Source of the DNA: Alphaproteobacteria bacterium
Lineage (GTDB): Bacteria > Pseudomonadota > Alphaproteobacteria > MPNO01
Assembly (NCBI GenBank): GCA_965248835.1
Contig: CBDFLJ010000002.1
Coordinates: forward strand, 1,536,001-1,600,000
Length of the DNA: 64,000 nt
Direction of reading: 5' to 3'
Shown here: in pieces, positions 48,908 to 59,239 of the stretch
How the letters are laid out: the number at the start of each line of letters is the position of its first letter
Numbering within the stretch: the first letter of the stretch is position 1
Program-made: the position numbers and the translations under genes
The notes under the pieces: generated by a model
What the model was told of the DNA's origin: nothing
Databases searched by the model: none
Seen by the model: the letters and a program-made list of their open reading frames with translations, nothing else

Positions 48908-50227
48908 GTGGAGTGGTGGATCCTCCTGCTCTTTATTTTCGGCGGCGCGATGCTGCTGCTGGCCAAAGGCATGCCGGTGGCCTTCGCCTTCGTCCTGGTC
49001 AACATCCTGGGCGTGCTCTATCTGCAGGGCGGCGGGTCGGCGTTCAACGCGCTGGCGCGCAACATGTTCCAATCGGTCCACAGCTTCACCCTGCTGCCGA
49101 TCCCGCTGTTCGTGCTGATGGGCGAGATCCTGTGGCACTCCAAGGTCGCATTCAACGCGATCGACGCGATCGATAAGCTGCTCGGCCGGCTGCCCGGCCG
49201 GCTCAGCATCCTGACCGTCGTCTCGGGCACCGTCTTTTCCAGCCTGAGCGGGTCCACGGTCGCCAACACCGCGGTGCTCGGCACCATTCTGCTGCCGGAC
49301 ATGGAACGGCGCGGCTACCAGCGGCCGATGTCGATCGGCCCCATCCTGGCGAGCGGCGGTCTGGCAATGATCGTCCCGCCGAGCGGGCTTGCGGTGATCC
49401 TTGCCGCGATCGGCCACCTGTCGATCGGCCGTATCCTGATCGGCGCCTTGATCCCCGGGCTGATCATGGCCGCGCTCTACCTCGCCTATATCCTGATCCG
49501 CTGCCGGATCCAGCCTGGGTTGACCCCGTCCTACGAGGTGGACCCGGTGCCGCTGCGCGAGAGGATCTGGGGGATCATCAAATACATCCTGCCGCTGGGC
49601 ATCATCGTCTTCCTGGTGACCGGCGTGATCGTCGTCGGCGTCGCCACGCCGACCGAGGCCGCCGCACTCGGCTGCCTGGGCGCGTTCATCGTCGCCGCGC
49701 TCTACAAGAGCCTCGACTGGGGGGTGATCAAACGGGCGATGACCGGCACCGTCCAGGTCTCCGTCATTACCCTCACCATCCTGATGGGCGCGGTCGGATT
49801 TTCGCAGATCCTCGCCTTTTCCGGCGCCTCGCGCGGGCTGGTCGAGGCGGTGACCGACCTGCCGGTCCATCCGATCGTCCTGGTGCTCATCATGCAGCTC
49901 ATGGTGCTGCTGCTCGGGATGTTCATGGAGCAGATCTCGATCATGATGATCACGCTGCCGCTCTACATCCCGATCATCAAGGTGCTGGAATACGATCCGA
50001 TCTGGTTCGGCGTTCTGATGCTGATCAACCTTCAGATGGCACTGACCACCCCGCCCTTCGGCATCCTGCTGTTCGTCATGAAGGGAGTCGCCCCGGCCGA
50101 TACCAAGATGCGCGAGATCTACATGGCGGGGCTGCCGTTCCTGGTGTGCGATTTCATTGCGCTGATGATCGTCTTGTTCGTCCCCGACACGGTCGGTTGG
50201 CTGCAGAATCTGGCGTATGGCCGATGA
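48908..50227 (+). CDS. dctM: TRAP transporter large permease
   Basis: SGSTVANTA, IVPPS, PTEAAA, TTPPFG. Confidence 0.93.
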   Translation: MEWWILLLFIFGGAMLLLAKGMPVAFAFVLVNILGVLYLQGGGSAFNALARNMFQSVHSFTLLPIPLFVLMGEILWHSKVAFNAIDAIDKLLGRLPGRLSILTVVSGTVFSSLSGSTVANTAVLGTILLPDMERRGYQRPMSIGPILASGGLAMIVPPSGLAVILAAIGHLSIGRILIGALIPGLIMAALYLAYILIRCRIQPGLTPSYEVDPVPLRERIWGIIKYILPLGIIVFLVTGVIVVGVATPTEAAALGCLGAFIVAALYKSLDWGVIKRAMTGTVQVSVITLTILMGAVGFSQILAFSGASRGLVEAVTDLPVHPIVLVLIMQLMVLLLGMFMEQISIMMITLPLYIPIIKVLEYDPIWFGVLMLINLQMALTTPPFGILLFVMKGVAPADTKMREIYMAGLPFLVCDFIALMIVLFVPDTVGWLQNLAYGR

Positions 50228-50718
50228 AGCGGATCGTGAAAGCCTATGACGAATTCGTCGTCGCCCTGGGCGTGCTGTCGGGCGTGGCCATCCTGCTGGC
50301 GATGACGCTGGTGGTGGTCGACGTCCTGGGCCGATATTTCCTGAGCCTGCCGTTGGCCTGGGTGAACGAATGGACCGAGCACCTGATCGTGTTCATCCCG
50401 TTCTTCGGCATGGCCTGGCTGGTTCGCCGGCTGGGTGGCCATGTCCGCATCGACTTGGTGGTCAACGCGCTCAGCCCGCGCGCGCAAAACATCCTGGGCG
50501 TCTGGATTGCCGTCCTGTGCGCAGGAACCTGCGCGTTCGCAGCCTACTATGCCGGCATCGAGGCCTGGAAGAACTATGTCCGCGGCATCCAGACAATCGG
50601 CAACTTTCCCGTGCCCAAATACCCGCTGATCGCCGCGGTCTGCCTGGGCATGGGTCTGTGTGCCATCGAGTTCGCGAGGCTTGGAAGGGAGTACTATCAA
50701 AGACTGCGCGGCGGCTAA
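50224..50718 (+). CDS. dctQ: TRAP transporter small permease
   Basis: 4 TM, GGHVRID; ATGA overlap with dctM. Confidence 0.9.
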   Translation: MKRIVKAYDEFVVALGVLSGVAILLAMTLVVVDVLGRYFLSLPLAWVNEWTEHLIVFIPFFGMAWLVRRLGGHVRIDLVVNALSPRAQNILGVWIAVLCAGTCAFAAYYAGIEAWKNYVRGIQTIGNFPVPKYPLIAAVCLGMGLCAIEFARLGREYYQRLRGG

Positions 50719-50801
50719 CTCGGTTGGCCGACCCCGCCGCAGCGAACAACGTGAACACTGCCGGCGCGCCTTGCCGGTCGACATCAGAACGGGAGGTCAA
50801 G

Positions 50802-51806
50802 ATGCTGCGTAAAGATCTGATAAGAAGCGGCTTTATGGGTGTTGCTCTGGGCGTTGCGCTGGCCGCGGCACCGGGTGTGAACCCGGCAACGGCGGAGACC
50901 GAGCTGAAGGGGCTCGTGCCGTGGCCGCTGCCGTTCCTGCTGAGCGAGCCCTTCATCTGGTTCAAGGACGAGGTGAACAAGGAGCTCAAGGGCGAGATCA
51001 GGGTCAAGTTCCTCGGCGCCAGCGAGGTCGTGCCGGCGTTCGAGCAGTTCGGCGCGCTGCAGGACGGCGTGATCGATACGCTGCTCACCGCGACCGCCTA
51101 TTACAAGGGAACGCTTCCGGTCGGCCGCGCCGGACTGTTCTCCAACATTCCCGTCGGTGAGCGGCGCAAGACCGGCTTCTATCAGTTGATGCGGAAGATC
51201 CACGCGGAGAAGACCGACACGATCTATCTCTCCCAGTCAGGCGGGCCGCCCGGCGGCTTCCGCATCTATACCAGGGAGCGGCCGCGCGCCAAGCCCGACT
51301 TCAAGGGTATGAAGTTCCGTGGCGGCGGCGCCTATTCCCATCTGATCGGCGCGCTTGGTGGAACGACCGTGCTGATGAAGCCGTCGGAGGCCTATACCGC
51401 GCTGGAGCGCGGCATCGTCGACGGGCTCGGCTGGGCGCGGATCGGCGTCGTCGACCGGGCGCTGCACGAGGTGACCAAGTTCGTCGTCGACCACCCCTTC
51501 GAGATGGTCGACGATCCGATCCTCATCCGCGGCGAAGCCTGGCGCAAGATGTCCGCCAAGACCCGTGCCAAGCTCGAGGAGATCGGCGTCAGGATCGAAG
51601 CCAAGACGGACCGGGTGTTCGCCCAGGCCTACAAGGACGAGGACACCGCACTCGGGAAGCGCGGAATGACGTTCTTCAAATACGCCCCCGAAGACGCCAA
51701 GCGATACCTCCAATACGCCCACGAGGAAGGCTGGAAGATGATCATCAAGGCCGATCCGGTCAACGGCCCGAAACTGAAAGAGACCGGATATCGCCCGGTG
51801 ATGTAG
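50802..51806 (+). CDS. dctP: TRAP solute-binding protein
   Basis: Signal peptide, DFKGMKFR, YTALERGIVDG; RBS gggagg. Confidence 0.9.
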   Translation: MLRKDLIRSGFMGVALGVALAAAPGVNPATAETELKGLVPWPLPFLLSEPFIWFKDEVNKELKGEIRVKFLGASEVVPAFEQFGALQDGVIDTLLTATAYYKGTLPVGRAGLFSNIPVGERRKTGFYQLMRKIHAEKTDTIYLSQSGGPPGGFRIYTRERPRAKPDFKGMKFRGGGAYSHLIGALGGTTVLMKPSEAYTALERGIVDGLGWARIGVVDRALHEVTKFVVDHPFEMVDDPILIRGEAWRKMSAKTRAKLEEIGVRIEAKTDRVFAQAYKDEDTALGKRGMTFFKYAPEDAKRYLQYAHEEGWKMIIKADPVNGPKLKETGYRPVM

Positions 51807-51829
51807 ACCGGCCTCGCCGGCAACGGTTT

Positions 51830-51857
51830 TCGGGCCTCCCCGGCGCGGGAGGCCCGA
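51830..51857. terminator. Hairpin between convergent dctP and hnr
   Basis: tcgggcctccc-cggcgc-gggaggcccga. Confidence 0.65.
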
Positions 51858-51991
51858 TCCCGTTCGCGATCACGCTGCCCTATTTTCTGCCGGTGCTGAC
51901 GGCCGCCTGTCCGGCATGCGGCGCGCTTGATTTCGCGCGCAACCGGCTGTTCTCCCGGAACCGGGGCTTTCGCGAATAACCCGGCACCGGC

Positions 51992-53458
51992 TCAGATGTC
52001 GTCGATCGTCTCGCGCTCGTCCATCGGCCAGGGGTTGGCCGGGCGTTGCGGCTCCGAGCGCACCGGGCCGCGGGCCATGGCGTCCTCTAGCGAGACGATC
52101 GCATCCCCGTAACCGCCGAAATCAAGGAACTCCTCACGCGGCATGGTGAATTCGATCGGCGCCACCAGCGCCGGGGTCGGCACATAGCCGAAGGCGTTGT
52201 CCGGCATGGTGGTGACGTCGAGCATGACCGTGATCCCGCCGCCCGGCCAGACATAAACCGGCGCACCGCCGCAGGTCACCCGCGTGGCGTGGCGCTTGAT
52301 CGAGCGGGTCAGACGGACCGGGTTGACGGTCACGCCGGCGCGCAGGCTGCCGCCCGCCCCGCCCATGAACAGGACGCTGGACAGCGCCGGTTCGCAGTTC
52401 TCGCCGATCCGGTCGACCACGACCTGGAGGTCGGCGGGCATCGGCCCTTCGGCGGGCTTCAACGTCTCGTCAAGCTCGAAATAGGCCGCGTCCTGGCCGG
52501 TGGTCGAGACCATCAGCAGCTTGAGCCCGGGCCAGGCGGTCTTGTCGTCGATCTTCTCGATGATGCTCAGCGGGTCGGTAACGTCGGTGCCGCCCCAGCC
52601 GCCGCCGTGCTCGGCGACTTGGAAATAGCGCCCCGGGGTCGACCTGCGGCCGCGCACCCGGATGCCGGCGGGCGGCATGTCGAGGAATTTCCCCGATTGG
52701 TGCTCGGTCAGGACGCCGGTGATGTGGTCGTCGACCACGATGACCTCATCGACATGGCCGTGCCATTGCGGCGCGAAGATGCCGATGGTGGCCGAGCCGC
52801 AGCCGACCCGCATGCGCTCTTCCCGGTCACCGTCGATGACCGGCGGCTTGCCGGCCTGGACGCTCAGCGTGGCGCCGCCGTCGACGCTCATCTCGACCGG
52901 CTCCTTGTTGCACAGCGCGAGCATCGCCGCGCAGGTGACGTTGCCTTCCTTCTTGGTGCCGCCGGTCAGGTGGCGCACGCCGCCGATCGCCAGCATCTGC
53001 GAGCCGTATTCCGCGGTGGTCACGTGGCCGATCTGCTCGCCCTCGACCCGGATCGGGGCGGGCTCGGGCCCGATATAGCGGTCCGTGTCGATCTTGATCT
53101 TCACGCCGCAATAGGAGAACACGCCCTCGCTGACGACGGTGACCATGTCGATCCCCTCGTGCTCGGAGGAGACGATGAACGGTGCCGGCTTGTAGTCGGG
53201 ATAGGTCGTCGTCGCCCCGATGCCGGTCACGAATACCGGCTTGCCGGAGCGCACCAGCGAACCGTCCCAGACCTCGGCCGCGGTCAGGAACGGCACCAGC
53301 TCGCCGTCGTCGGCGGCGGCCTTCTGGGTGACCAGCAGCGGGTCCACACGGGTCAAGACGCCTTCGATATTGCCGTAGCGGTCGCACGCTCCGGTCTTTC
53401 CCGGGCGGATGCGACACAGCACCGGACAGGCGTCGCAGGTGATGATCTGATCGGTCAT
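51992..53458 (-). CDS. hnr: 6-hydroxynicotinate reductase
   Basis: CDACPVLC...GACDRY, YPDYKPAPFI, RMRVGCGSATIG, GGSLRAGVT.NP, VPTPALVAPIEFT; directly downstream of Mo-hydroxylase genes. Confidence 0.85.
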   Translation of the reverse strand: MTDQIITCDACPVLCRIRPGKTGACDRYGNIEGVLTRVDPLLVTQKAAADDGELVPFLTAAEVWDGSLVRSGKPVFVTGIGATTTYPDYKPAPFIVSSEHEGIDMVTVVSEGVFSYCGVKIKIDTDRYIGPEPAPIRVEGEQIGHVTTAEYGSQMLAIGGVRHLTGGTKKEGNVTCAAMLALCNKEPVEMSVDGGATLSVQAGKPPVIDGDREERMRVGCGSATIGIFAPQWHGHVDEVIVVDDHITGVLTEHQSGKFLDMPPAGIRVRGRRSTPGRYFQVAEHGGGWGGTDVTDPLSIIEKIDDKTAWPGLKLLMVSTTGQDAAYFELDETLKPAEGPMPADLQVVVDRIGENCEPALSSVLFMGGAGGSLRAGVTVNPVRLTRSIKRHATRVTCGGAPVYVWPGGGITVMLDVTTMPDNAFGYVPTPALVAPIEFTMPREEFLDFGGYGDAIVSLEDAMARGPVRSEPQRPANPWPMDERETIDDI

Positions 53459-53462
53459 CGTC

Positions 53463-56225
53463 TCACCCCTTCCCGCCCCTGTCATGGGCAAGGATGGCCG
53501 CTCGCACCCGGCCGGGCGTCGCCGGCGCCTGGGTGATGCGGACGCCGGTCGCATGGTAGATAGCCCCGAAAATCGCCGGCGGCGTGGCGATCAGGGTCGG
53601 CTCACCGATCCCCTTGGCGCCCCATGGGCCGGTCGGCTCGGGGTCCTCGACGACGACGTATTCGATTTCCGGCATGTCGCCGATCGTCGGGATCAGGTAG
53701 TCGTGCAGGTTCTCGGTCCGGCCGGGGACGAACTCCTCCATCAGCGCAAGGCCCAGGCCCTGGGCCACGCCGCCGTCGATCTGGCCTTCGACCTGCTGCG
53801 GGTTGAGCGAGCGGCCGACATCGTGGGCGGCGACCATCCGGCGGACCTTGACGGTGCCGAGCGCCACGTCGACCTCGACCGCGGCCAGGTGGGCGGCGAA
53901 GGCGTAGGTCGCGTAAGGCGTGCCTTGGCCGTTCTCGTCGGAGGGCCCGGTGGGCGGGTCGAACGTCCCCTCGCCCACCAGCACGTCCTCGCCGCGGGCA
54001 AGCGCGAGGCCCGTGAGATCGATCTCTCGGGTCGCATCGCCGTCGCGCAGCTTCAGGCCGCCGTCGCCGAATTCGATGCGCGCATCCTCGCCGACATTTG
54101 CAAGCCGCAGAATCTGGCGCCTCAAATCCTCACCGGCGCGCTTGGCCGCATTACCCGAGATGTAAGCCTGGCGGGACGCCGAGGTCTTGCCGGCATCGGC
54201 CGTCAGATCGGTATCGCCCCAGACCAGGACGATCCGCTTCATGTCGATCCCCAGCCCGTCGGCGGCGCACTGGACCATGGTCGTGTTGGTGCCCTGGCCG
54301 ATGTCCTGGGCGCCGGAATAGAGCGTCACGGTGCCGTCGCGCGTGATGCCCATATGCATGGTCGACGGGTTGGCCATCGAGGTGTTGCCGCAGCCGTACC
54401 ACATGCAGCCCAGCCCGACGCCGCGGCGCAGCACGCCGGAGGATGCGGCGTTGAACGCCTCGGCCTCCTGCTTGTATTGCCGCCAGTAGGGCCGCAGCCC
54501 GTCGAGACATGCCGCAAGTCCGCAGCTCGCCTTCAACACCTGGCCCGTCGCGGTCTCGTCGCCGACCCCGAGCGCGTTCATGCGGCGGAACTCGAGCGCA
54601 TCGATGCCGCACTTCTCGGCCATCATGTCCATCAGCATGTCGTGCAGCAGCGCCGCCTGGGGCACGCCGAAGCCGCGGAAGGCGCCGGCCGGTGTCTCGT
54701 TGGTGTAGACGCCGCACGATGTCGCGGTCACGCAAGGCACACGATAGGGCCCGGTCGCGTGCACCGGCACGCGGTCCTTCACCGTCAGCCCGAAGGAGAT
54801 ATAGGCCCCGGTGTTGAAGTCGCCGTGGAACCTGTAGCCGGTCAGCTTGCCGTCGGCGGTGCAGCCATAAGTGCCGCGGGTGCGCGAAGGGTGGCGCTTG
54901 GTCGAGGACGCCATCGACTCGATGCGGTTGTAGACCGCGCGCACCGGCCGGTCGATGTTCCAGGCTGCGACCGCGAGCAGCGGCTGGACCGACAGGTCGA
55001 TCTTGCCGCCGAACCCGCCGCCGCAGGCCGTCGGCAGCACCCGGACCGACTCGATGGGAATCCCGAGGATGTTGGCGAGCTCGTCGCGGTCCATGTGCGG
55101 CGCCTGGGTGGTGGCGGCGATCTCGAGCCGGTCGCCGACCCGCCGCGCCCATCCGGCCTCCGGCTCGATATAGGCGTGCTCGACGAAAGCGGTCTCGAAG
55201 CCGCCCTCGACGACGATGTCCGACGACGCCAGCGCGGCACCGGCATCGCCTTTCTTGACGAAGCCTCGGGCCATGACGTTGTCGTCCTGGCCGGCATGGA
55301 CGATCGGCGCACCCGCGGCCAGCGCCTGGTCGAGCCCATGGACGTGCGGGCGCACATGGTAGTCGATCGGCACCTCATCGTCGCGGATGCCGTGGACGGA
55401 CGCCTGATCGCCGACCAGGGCAAGCACCGCCTCGCCGCGGTAGCGCACCTCGCCGTCGGCCAGGATCGGCTGGTCCTTGACCGTCGGGTAGGCGCCGAAT
55501 CCGTTCACGGAAGGCACGTCGGCAGCGGTGATCACCCGCACCAGGCCCGGGTGGCTGTCGAACAACGGGGCAAGATCGCCGATCGTGAAGGCGGCGCTCC
55601 AGTGGGGCGAGCGAACGGCGCGCAGCCACAGCGAATCGGCAGGCGCCTGATCGGCACCGAACAGCTCGGTGCCGTCGACTTTCCGCCATCCGTCGGTCTT
55701 GGGCACCCGTGCGCCGACCGCCTCGCCGACCCCCGGGTTGTCGAGCTCGATCCCGTTGGGCTCGATCACGTGCCGCACGGCCTCGACAATCTTCTTGTAC
55801 CCGGTGCAGCGGCAAAGCACGCCGCCCAGCGCGTCGTTGATCGCCGCCTCGTCGGGCGCGTCGGCATGGCTCAACAGGTCGGCCGCGGCCATCAGCATGC
55901 CGGGAGTGCAGATCCCGCACTGCGCCGCGCCGTGCAGGTAGAAGGATTCCTGCAACGCCGCCATGCGGCCGCCGGCATCGGCCAGGCCTTCGACCGTCAA
56001 CACCGCGCGGCCGGCGACCTGACCCACCGGCGTCATGCAGGCGCAGACCTGCCTTCCGTCGAGCAGCACCGTACAGGCGCCGCAATCCCCTGCATCGCAG
56101 CCCACCTTGGTGCCGGTCAGCGCCAGATCCTCGCGCAGCACCTGGGCCAGTCTCCGGATCGGATCGACGCCGACCTCGGCCGGCTTGCCATTGAGGGTAA
56201 AGGCGATCTTCTCAGGCGTGGTCAT
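53463..56225 (-). CDS. Xanthine dehydrogenase-family fused [2Fe-2S]+molybdopterin subunit, probable nicotinate dehydrogenase
   Basis: GCDAGDCGAC, QCGICTPG, CRCTGY, GGGFGGK, AFRGFG, GAKGIGE. Confidence 0.88.
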   Translation of the reverse strand: MTTPEKIAFTLNGKPAEVGVDPIRRLAQVLREDLALTGTKVGCDAGDCGACTVLLDGRQVCACMTPVGQVAGRAVLTVEGLADAGGRMAALQESFYLHGAAQCGICTPGMLMAAADLLSHADAPDEAAINDALGGVLCRCTGYKKIVEAVRHVIEPNGIELDNPGVGEAVGARVPKTDGWRKVDGTELFGADQAPADSLWLRAVRSPHWSAAFTIGDLAPLFDSHPGLVRVITAADVPSVNGFGAYPTVKDQPILADGEVRYRGEAVLALVGDQASVHGIRDDEVPIDYHVRPHVHGLDQALAAGAPIVHAGQDDNVMARGFVKKGDAGAALASSDIVVEGGFETAFVEHAYIEPEAGWARRVGDRLEIAATTQAPHMDRDELANILGIPIESVRVLPTACGGGFGGKIDLSVQPLLAVAAWNIDRPVRAVYNRIESMASSTKRHPSRTRGTYGCTADGKLTGYRFHGDFNTGAYISFGLTVKDRVPVHATGPYRVPCVTATSCGVYTNETPAGAFRGFGVPQAALLHDMLMDMMAEKCGIDALEFRRMNALGVGDETATGQVLKASCGLAACLDGLRPYWRQYKQEAEAFNAASSGVLRRGVGLGCMWYGCGNTSMANPSTMHMGITRDGTVTLYSGAQDIGQGTNTTMVQCAADGLGIDMKRIVLVWGDTDLTADAGKTSASRQAYISGNAAKRAGEDLRRQILRLANVGEDARIEFGDGGLKLRDGDATREIDLTGLALARGEDVLVGEGTFDPPTGPSDENGQGTPYATYAFAAHLAAVEVDVALGTVKVRRMVAAHDVGRSLNPQQVEGQIDGGVAQGLGLALMEEFVPGRTENLHDYLIPTIGDMPEIEYVVVEDPEPTGPWGAKGIGEPTLIATPPAIFGAIYHATGVRITQAPATPGRVRAAILAHDRGGKG

Positions 56226-57064
56226 TCCTGGTTCTCCAGCTCGGCCAGCATGCGCCGGACCAGCGTCAAGGCGGCATCCATTCGGTAGGCGGCGGTCCCG
56301 CGCACATCGTCTATCGGCGAAAGCACACCCAGGTGCTCGGCGGCGGCGACTGCGGCCATGCCGCCGTCGATCGGCCGGCCGATCAGCGCCTGCTCGAGTT
56401 CGGGCAGCCTCCGGGCGACCGCCGAGCACGACCCGATCGCAAGCCGCGCGCCGGCGACCGTGCCGTCCGGGGCGGGCTCGACGACACCGGCCACCATGAC
56501 GATCGAGATCACCAGATACTTGCGCGCGCCGAGCTTCAGGAAGCTGCTCCGCGCGCCGTCGGCCGGCTTGGGGATCGTGATCGCGGTAACCATCTCGCCC
56601 GGCGCGCGGACCGTCTGGCGGTTGCCGGTGACGAATTCGGCCAGCGGCACCGAGCGCGCGCCGGCCGCCGAGGCGAGTTCGACGACCGCATCGAGGCTGA
56701 GCAGGCCGGGCACGCCGTCGGCGGCAGGCGAGGCGTTGCAGACATTGCCGACGATCGTGCCGGCGTTTTGCACCTGGATGCCGCCGACCTCTCGTGCGGC
56801 CCGCTTCAAACCGTCGAAGCAGGGCGGCAAGGCGGCGGCGATCAGCTCCGACCAGGTCACCAGCGCACCGATCCGGAAGTGGTCCGCGTGCTCGGTGATC
56901 CCCCGCAGCGCCGCGATCCCGGTGACGTCGAGCACGTCGTCATCGAGCGGCTTGCCGACCCGGGCCGGGTAGTAGTCGGTGCCGCCGGCGACGATCGCGC
57001 GCGGCGTCTCGTTCAGCGCCGCCAGAGCCGTGTCCAGTTCGCTGGGGCGTAGATAGCTTGCCAT
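56222..57064 (-). CDS. Mo-hydroxylase FAD-binding subunit (NdhF-like)
   Basis: AGGTD, Q..NAGT..GN.CNASPAAD, PIDDVRGTA.YR. Confidence 0.9.
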   Translation of the reverse strand: MASYLRPSELDTALAALNETPRAIVAGGTDYYPARVGKPLDDDVLDVTGIAALRGITEHADHFRIGALVTWSELIAAALPPCFDGLKRAAREVGGIQVQNAGTIVGNVCNASPAADGVPGLLSLDAVVELASAAGARSVPLAEFVTGNRQTVRAPGEMVTAITIPKPADGARSSFLKLGARKYLVISIVMVAGVVEPAPDGTVAGARLAIGSCSAVARRLPELEQALIGRPIDGGMAAVAAAEHLGVLSPIDDVRGTAAYRMDAALTLVRRMLAELENQE

Positions 57065-57125
57065 TTCCTGCGGGTCCCGATCAGCCTGTCGGACAAAGCT
57101 TCGCACGGCACGGTTGCCGCCGCAA

Positions 57126-57148
57126 AATTGTTCGTGTACATACAAATT
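57126..57148. promoter_or_regulatory. Putative NicR (MarR) operator upstream of the ndh-hnr operon
   Basis: aattgttcgtgtacatacaaatt; first 20 nt are 17/20 identical to 62115-62134. Confidence 0.7.
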
Positions 57149-57360
57149 AGAAGTCAACCCGACCCGACCTGTCAAGCATTAGTCGGTGCGGTCTCATTTC
57201 GGATGAGTCGTGCGTGGACCGGATCGAATCGGTGCCACGGCCCAATGCGGCGTGCTATAGTCCGGCCGCGCCGGCCCCGCGTGGGTGCCGGTTGACTTTT
57301 GCGGATCGGGGGCCATGACTCCGTTCGGCGGGCAAGAATTCCACGCGGATGGGTGGGACG

Positions 57361-59238
57361 ATGGCGACCAAGCTTGCGAGTTCCGAATCGGCCGGGAAGG
57401 CTCCCCGCAAGTCGCTCGATTCGGTGGTGATCCGGTTTGCCGGCGATTCGGGCGACGGGATGCAGTTGACCGGGACCCAGTTCACCCAGTCGACCGCTCT
57501 GATGGGCAACGACCTGGCCACCTTCCCGGATTTCCCGGCCGAGATCCGCGCGCCGATCGGCACGACCTATGGCGTCTCGGCCTTCCAGATCAACTTCGCC
57601 TCCTATGACATCATGACGCCGGGCGATGCGCCGGACGTTCTGGTCGCCATGAACCCGGCCGCGCTCAAGGTCCACCTGCGCGACGTGCCCAAGGGCGGAA
57701 CCATCGTCGTCAACACCGACACGTTCAACAACCGCAACATCGCCAAGGCGGGGTATGCCGCCGACCCGTTGGAAGACGGCACGCTCGACAACTATGTCGT
57801 CATCTCGATCGAAATCCAGAAGATGACGTTGGCGGCGGTCAACGGGCTGGGGCTGTCCAACAAGGAAGCGGTGCGCTGCAAGAACATGTGGGCGCTGGGG
57901 CTGATGTGCTGGATGTACGACCGCGACCGGCAGCCGACGGTCGACTGGCTCAACCAGCGGTTCGGCGAACGCGCGCCGGCGCTTGCCGCAGCCAACATTG
58001 CCGCGCTCAACGCCGGCCACGCCTACGGCGAGACCGCCGAGCTGCCGAGCGGCGCCCAGGCCTATGTCGTACCCAAGGCCGACGTGCAGCCGGGCATCTA
58101 CCGCGCGGTCACCGGCACCGAGGCGATTGCCTGGGGGCTGGTCACCGGCGCCCACAAGGCGGGGTTGCCGCTGTTCCTGGGCTCCTACCCGATCACTCCA
58201 GCCTCGGCATTGCTGCACACGCTGTCGAACCTCAAGCAGTACGGCGTAACGACGTTCCAGGCCGAGGACGAGATCGCAGCGGTGTGCTCGGCGATCGGCG
58301 CCTCGTTCTCCGGCGCGATCGGCGTGACTTCGAGCTCCGGGCCCGGCATCGCGCTCAAGACCGAGGCGATCGGACTTGCGTTCGCTGCAGAGCTGCCTCT
58401 GGTGGTGGTCAACAGCCAGCGCGGCGGGCCTTCGACCGGGCTTCCGACCAAGACCGAGCAGTCGGATCTGTTCCAGGCGGTCTATGGCCGAAACGCCGAT
58501 TCGCCGTTGCCCGTCCTCGCCTCGCGGACCGCGGGGGACTGCTTCTTCACCGCGATCGAGGCGGTCCGGCTGGCGGTAAAATACATGACCCCTGTGATCC
58601 TGTTGACCGACGGCTATCTCGCCAACGCGGCCGAACCCTGGGAGATCCCGGATGTCGACGACATCCCCGACTTCAAGGTCGCGCTGCGGACCGACCCGGA
58701 GGGATTCCATCCCTTCCTGCGCGATGACAAGACGCTGGCGCGCAACTGGGCGGTGCCCGGCACGCCGGGTCTGATGCACCGGATCGGCGGCATCGAGAAG
58801 AGCTACGAGACCGGGCACATTTCCTATGACCCGGACAACCATCACCGGATGACCAAGGTCCGCGCGGCCAAGGTCGACGGCATAGCCAACGACATCCCCG
58901 AGCAGGAGGTCGCCATAGGCCCGTCCTCCGGCAAACTCGCGGTCGTCGGCTGGGGCTCGACGTTCGGTGCGATCAACCAGGCGGTCGGCCGGGTCAACGC
59001 TGCGGGCCTGGATGTCGCCCATGTTCACATCCGCCATATCTGGCCGCTGCCCAGGAACCTCGGCGACCTGTTGCGCGGCTACAAAAAGATCCTGGTGCCG
59101 GAGATGAACGACGGCCAGTTGGTGACGGTCCTGCGCGCGCAGTACCTGGTGCCGGCCGAAGGGCTCAACCAGATTTCCGGCCTGCCCTTCAAGGTCTCCG
59201 ATCTCGAGGCGGCGATCCGCGAGCGCGTGGAGAACTAG
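57361..59238 (+). CDS. korA: 2-oxoacid (2-oxoglutarate):ferredoxin oxidoreductase alpha subunit
   Basis: AGDSGDG, FPAEIRAP, YPITP, QAEDE, QRGGPSTG.PT, EMN.GQ. Confidence 0.93.
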   Translation: MATKLASSESAGKAPRKSLDSVVIRFAGDSGDGMQLTGTQFTQSTALMGNDLATFPDFPAEIRAPIGTTYGVSAFQINFASYDIMTPGDAPDVLVAMNPAALKVHLRDVPKGGTIVVNTDTFNNRNIAKAGYAADPLEDGTLDNYVVISIEIQKMTLAAVNGLGLSNKEAVRCKNMWALGLMCWMYDRDRQPTVDWLNQRFGERAPALAAANIAALNAGHAYGETAELPSGAQAYVVPKADVQPGIYRAVTGTEAIAWGLVTGAHKAGLPLFLGSYPITPASALLHTLSNLKQYGVTTFQAEDEIAAVCSAIGASFSGAIGVTSSSGPGIALKTEAIGLAFAAELPLVVVNSQRGGPSTGLPTKTEQSDLFQAVYGRNADSPLPVLASRTAGDCFFTAIEAVRLAVKYMTPVILLTDGYLANAAEPWEIPDVDDIPDFKVALRTDPEGFHPFLRDDKTLARNWAVPGTPGLMHRIGGIEKSYETGHISYDPDNHHRMTKVRAAKVDGIANDIPEQEVAIGPSSGKLAVVGWGSTFGAINQAVGRVNAAGLDVAHVHIRHIWPLPRNLGDLLRGYKKILVPEMNDGQLVTVLRAQYLVPAEGLNQISGLPFKVSDLEAAIRERVEN

Positions 59239-59239
59239 C

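Noticed and set aside
53484-56288. 934-aa plus-strand ORF, and similar long antisense ORFs (320-1828, 5264-7342, 57172-59271, 17666-19264)
   Set aside because: Shadow frames of well-supported genes; stop codons are rare antisense in high-GC coding DNA and no motifs are present
57218-57259. Possible extra copy of the palindromic element upstream of korA
   Set aside because: Partial match only (gaccggatcga; gcgtgctata), and gctata could simply be a -10 element
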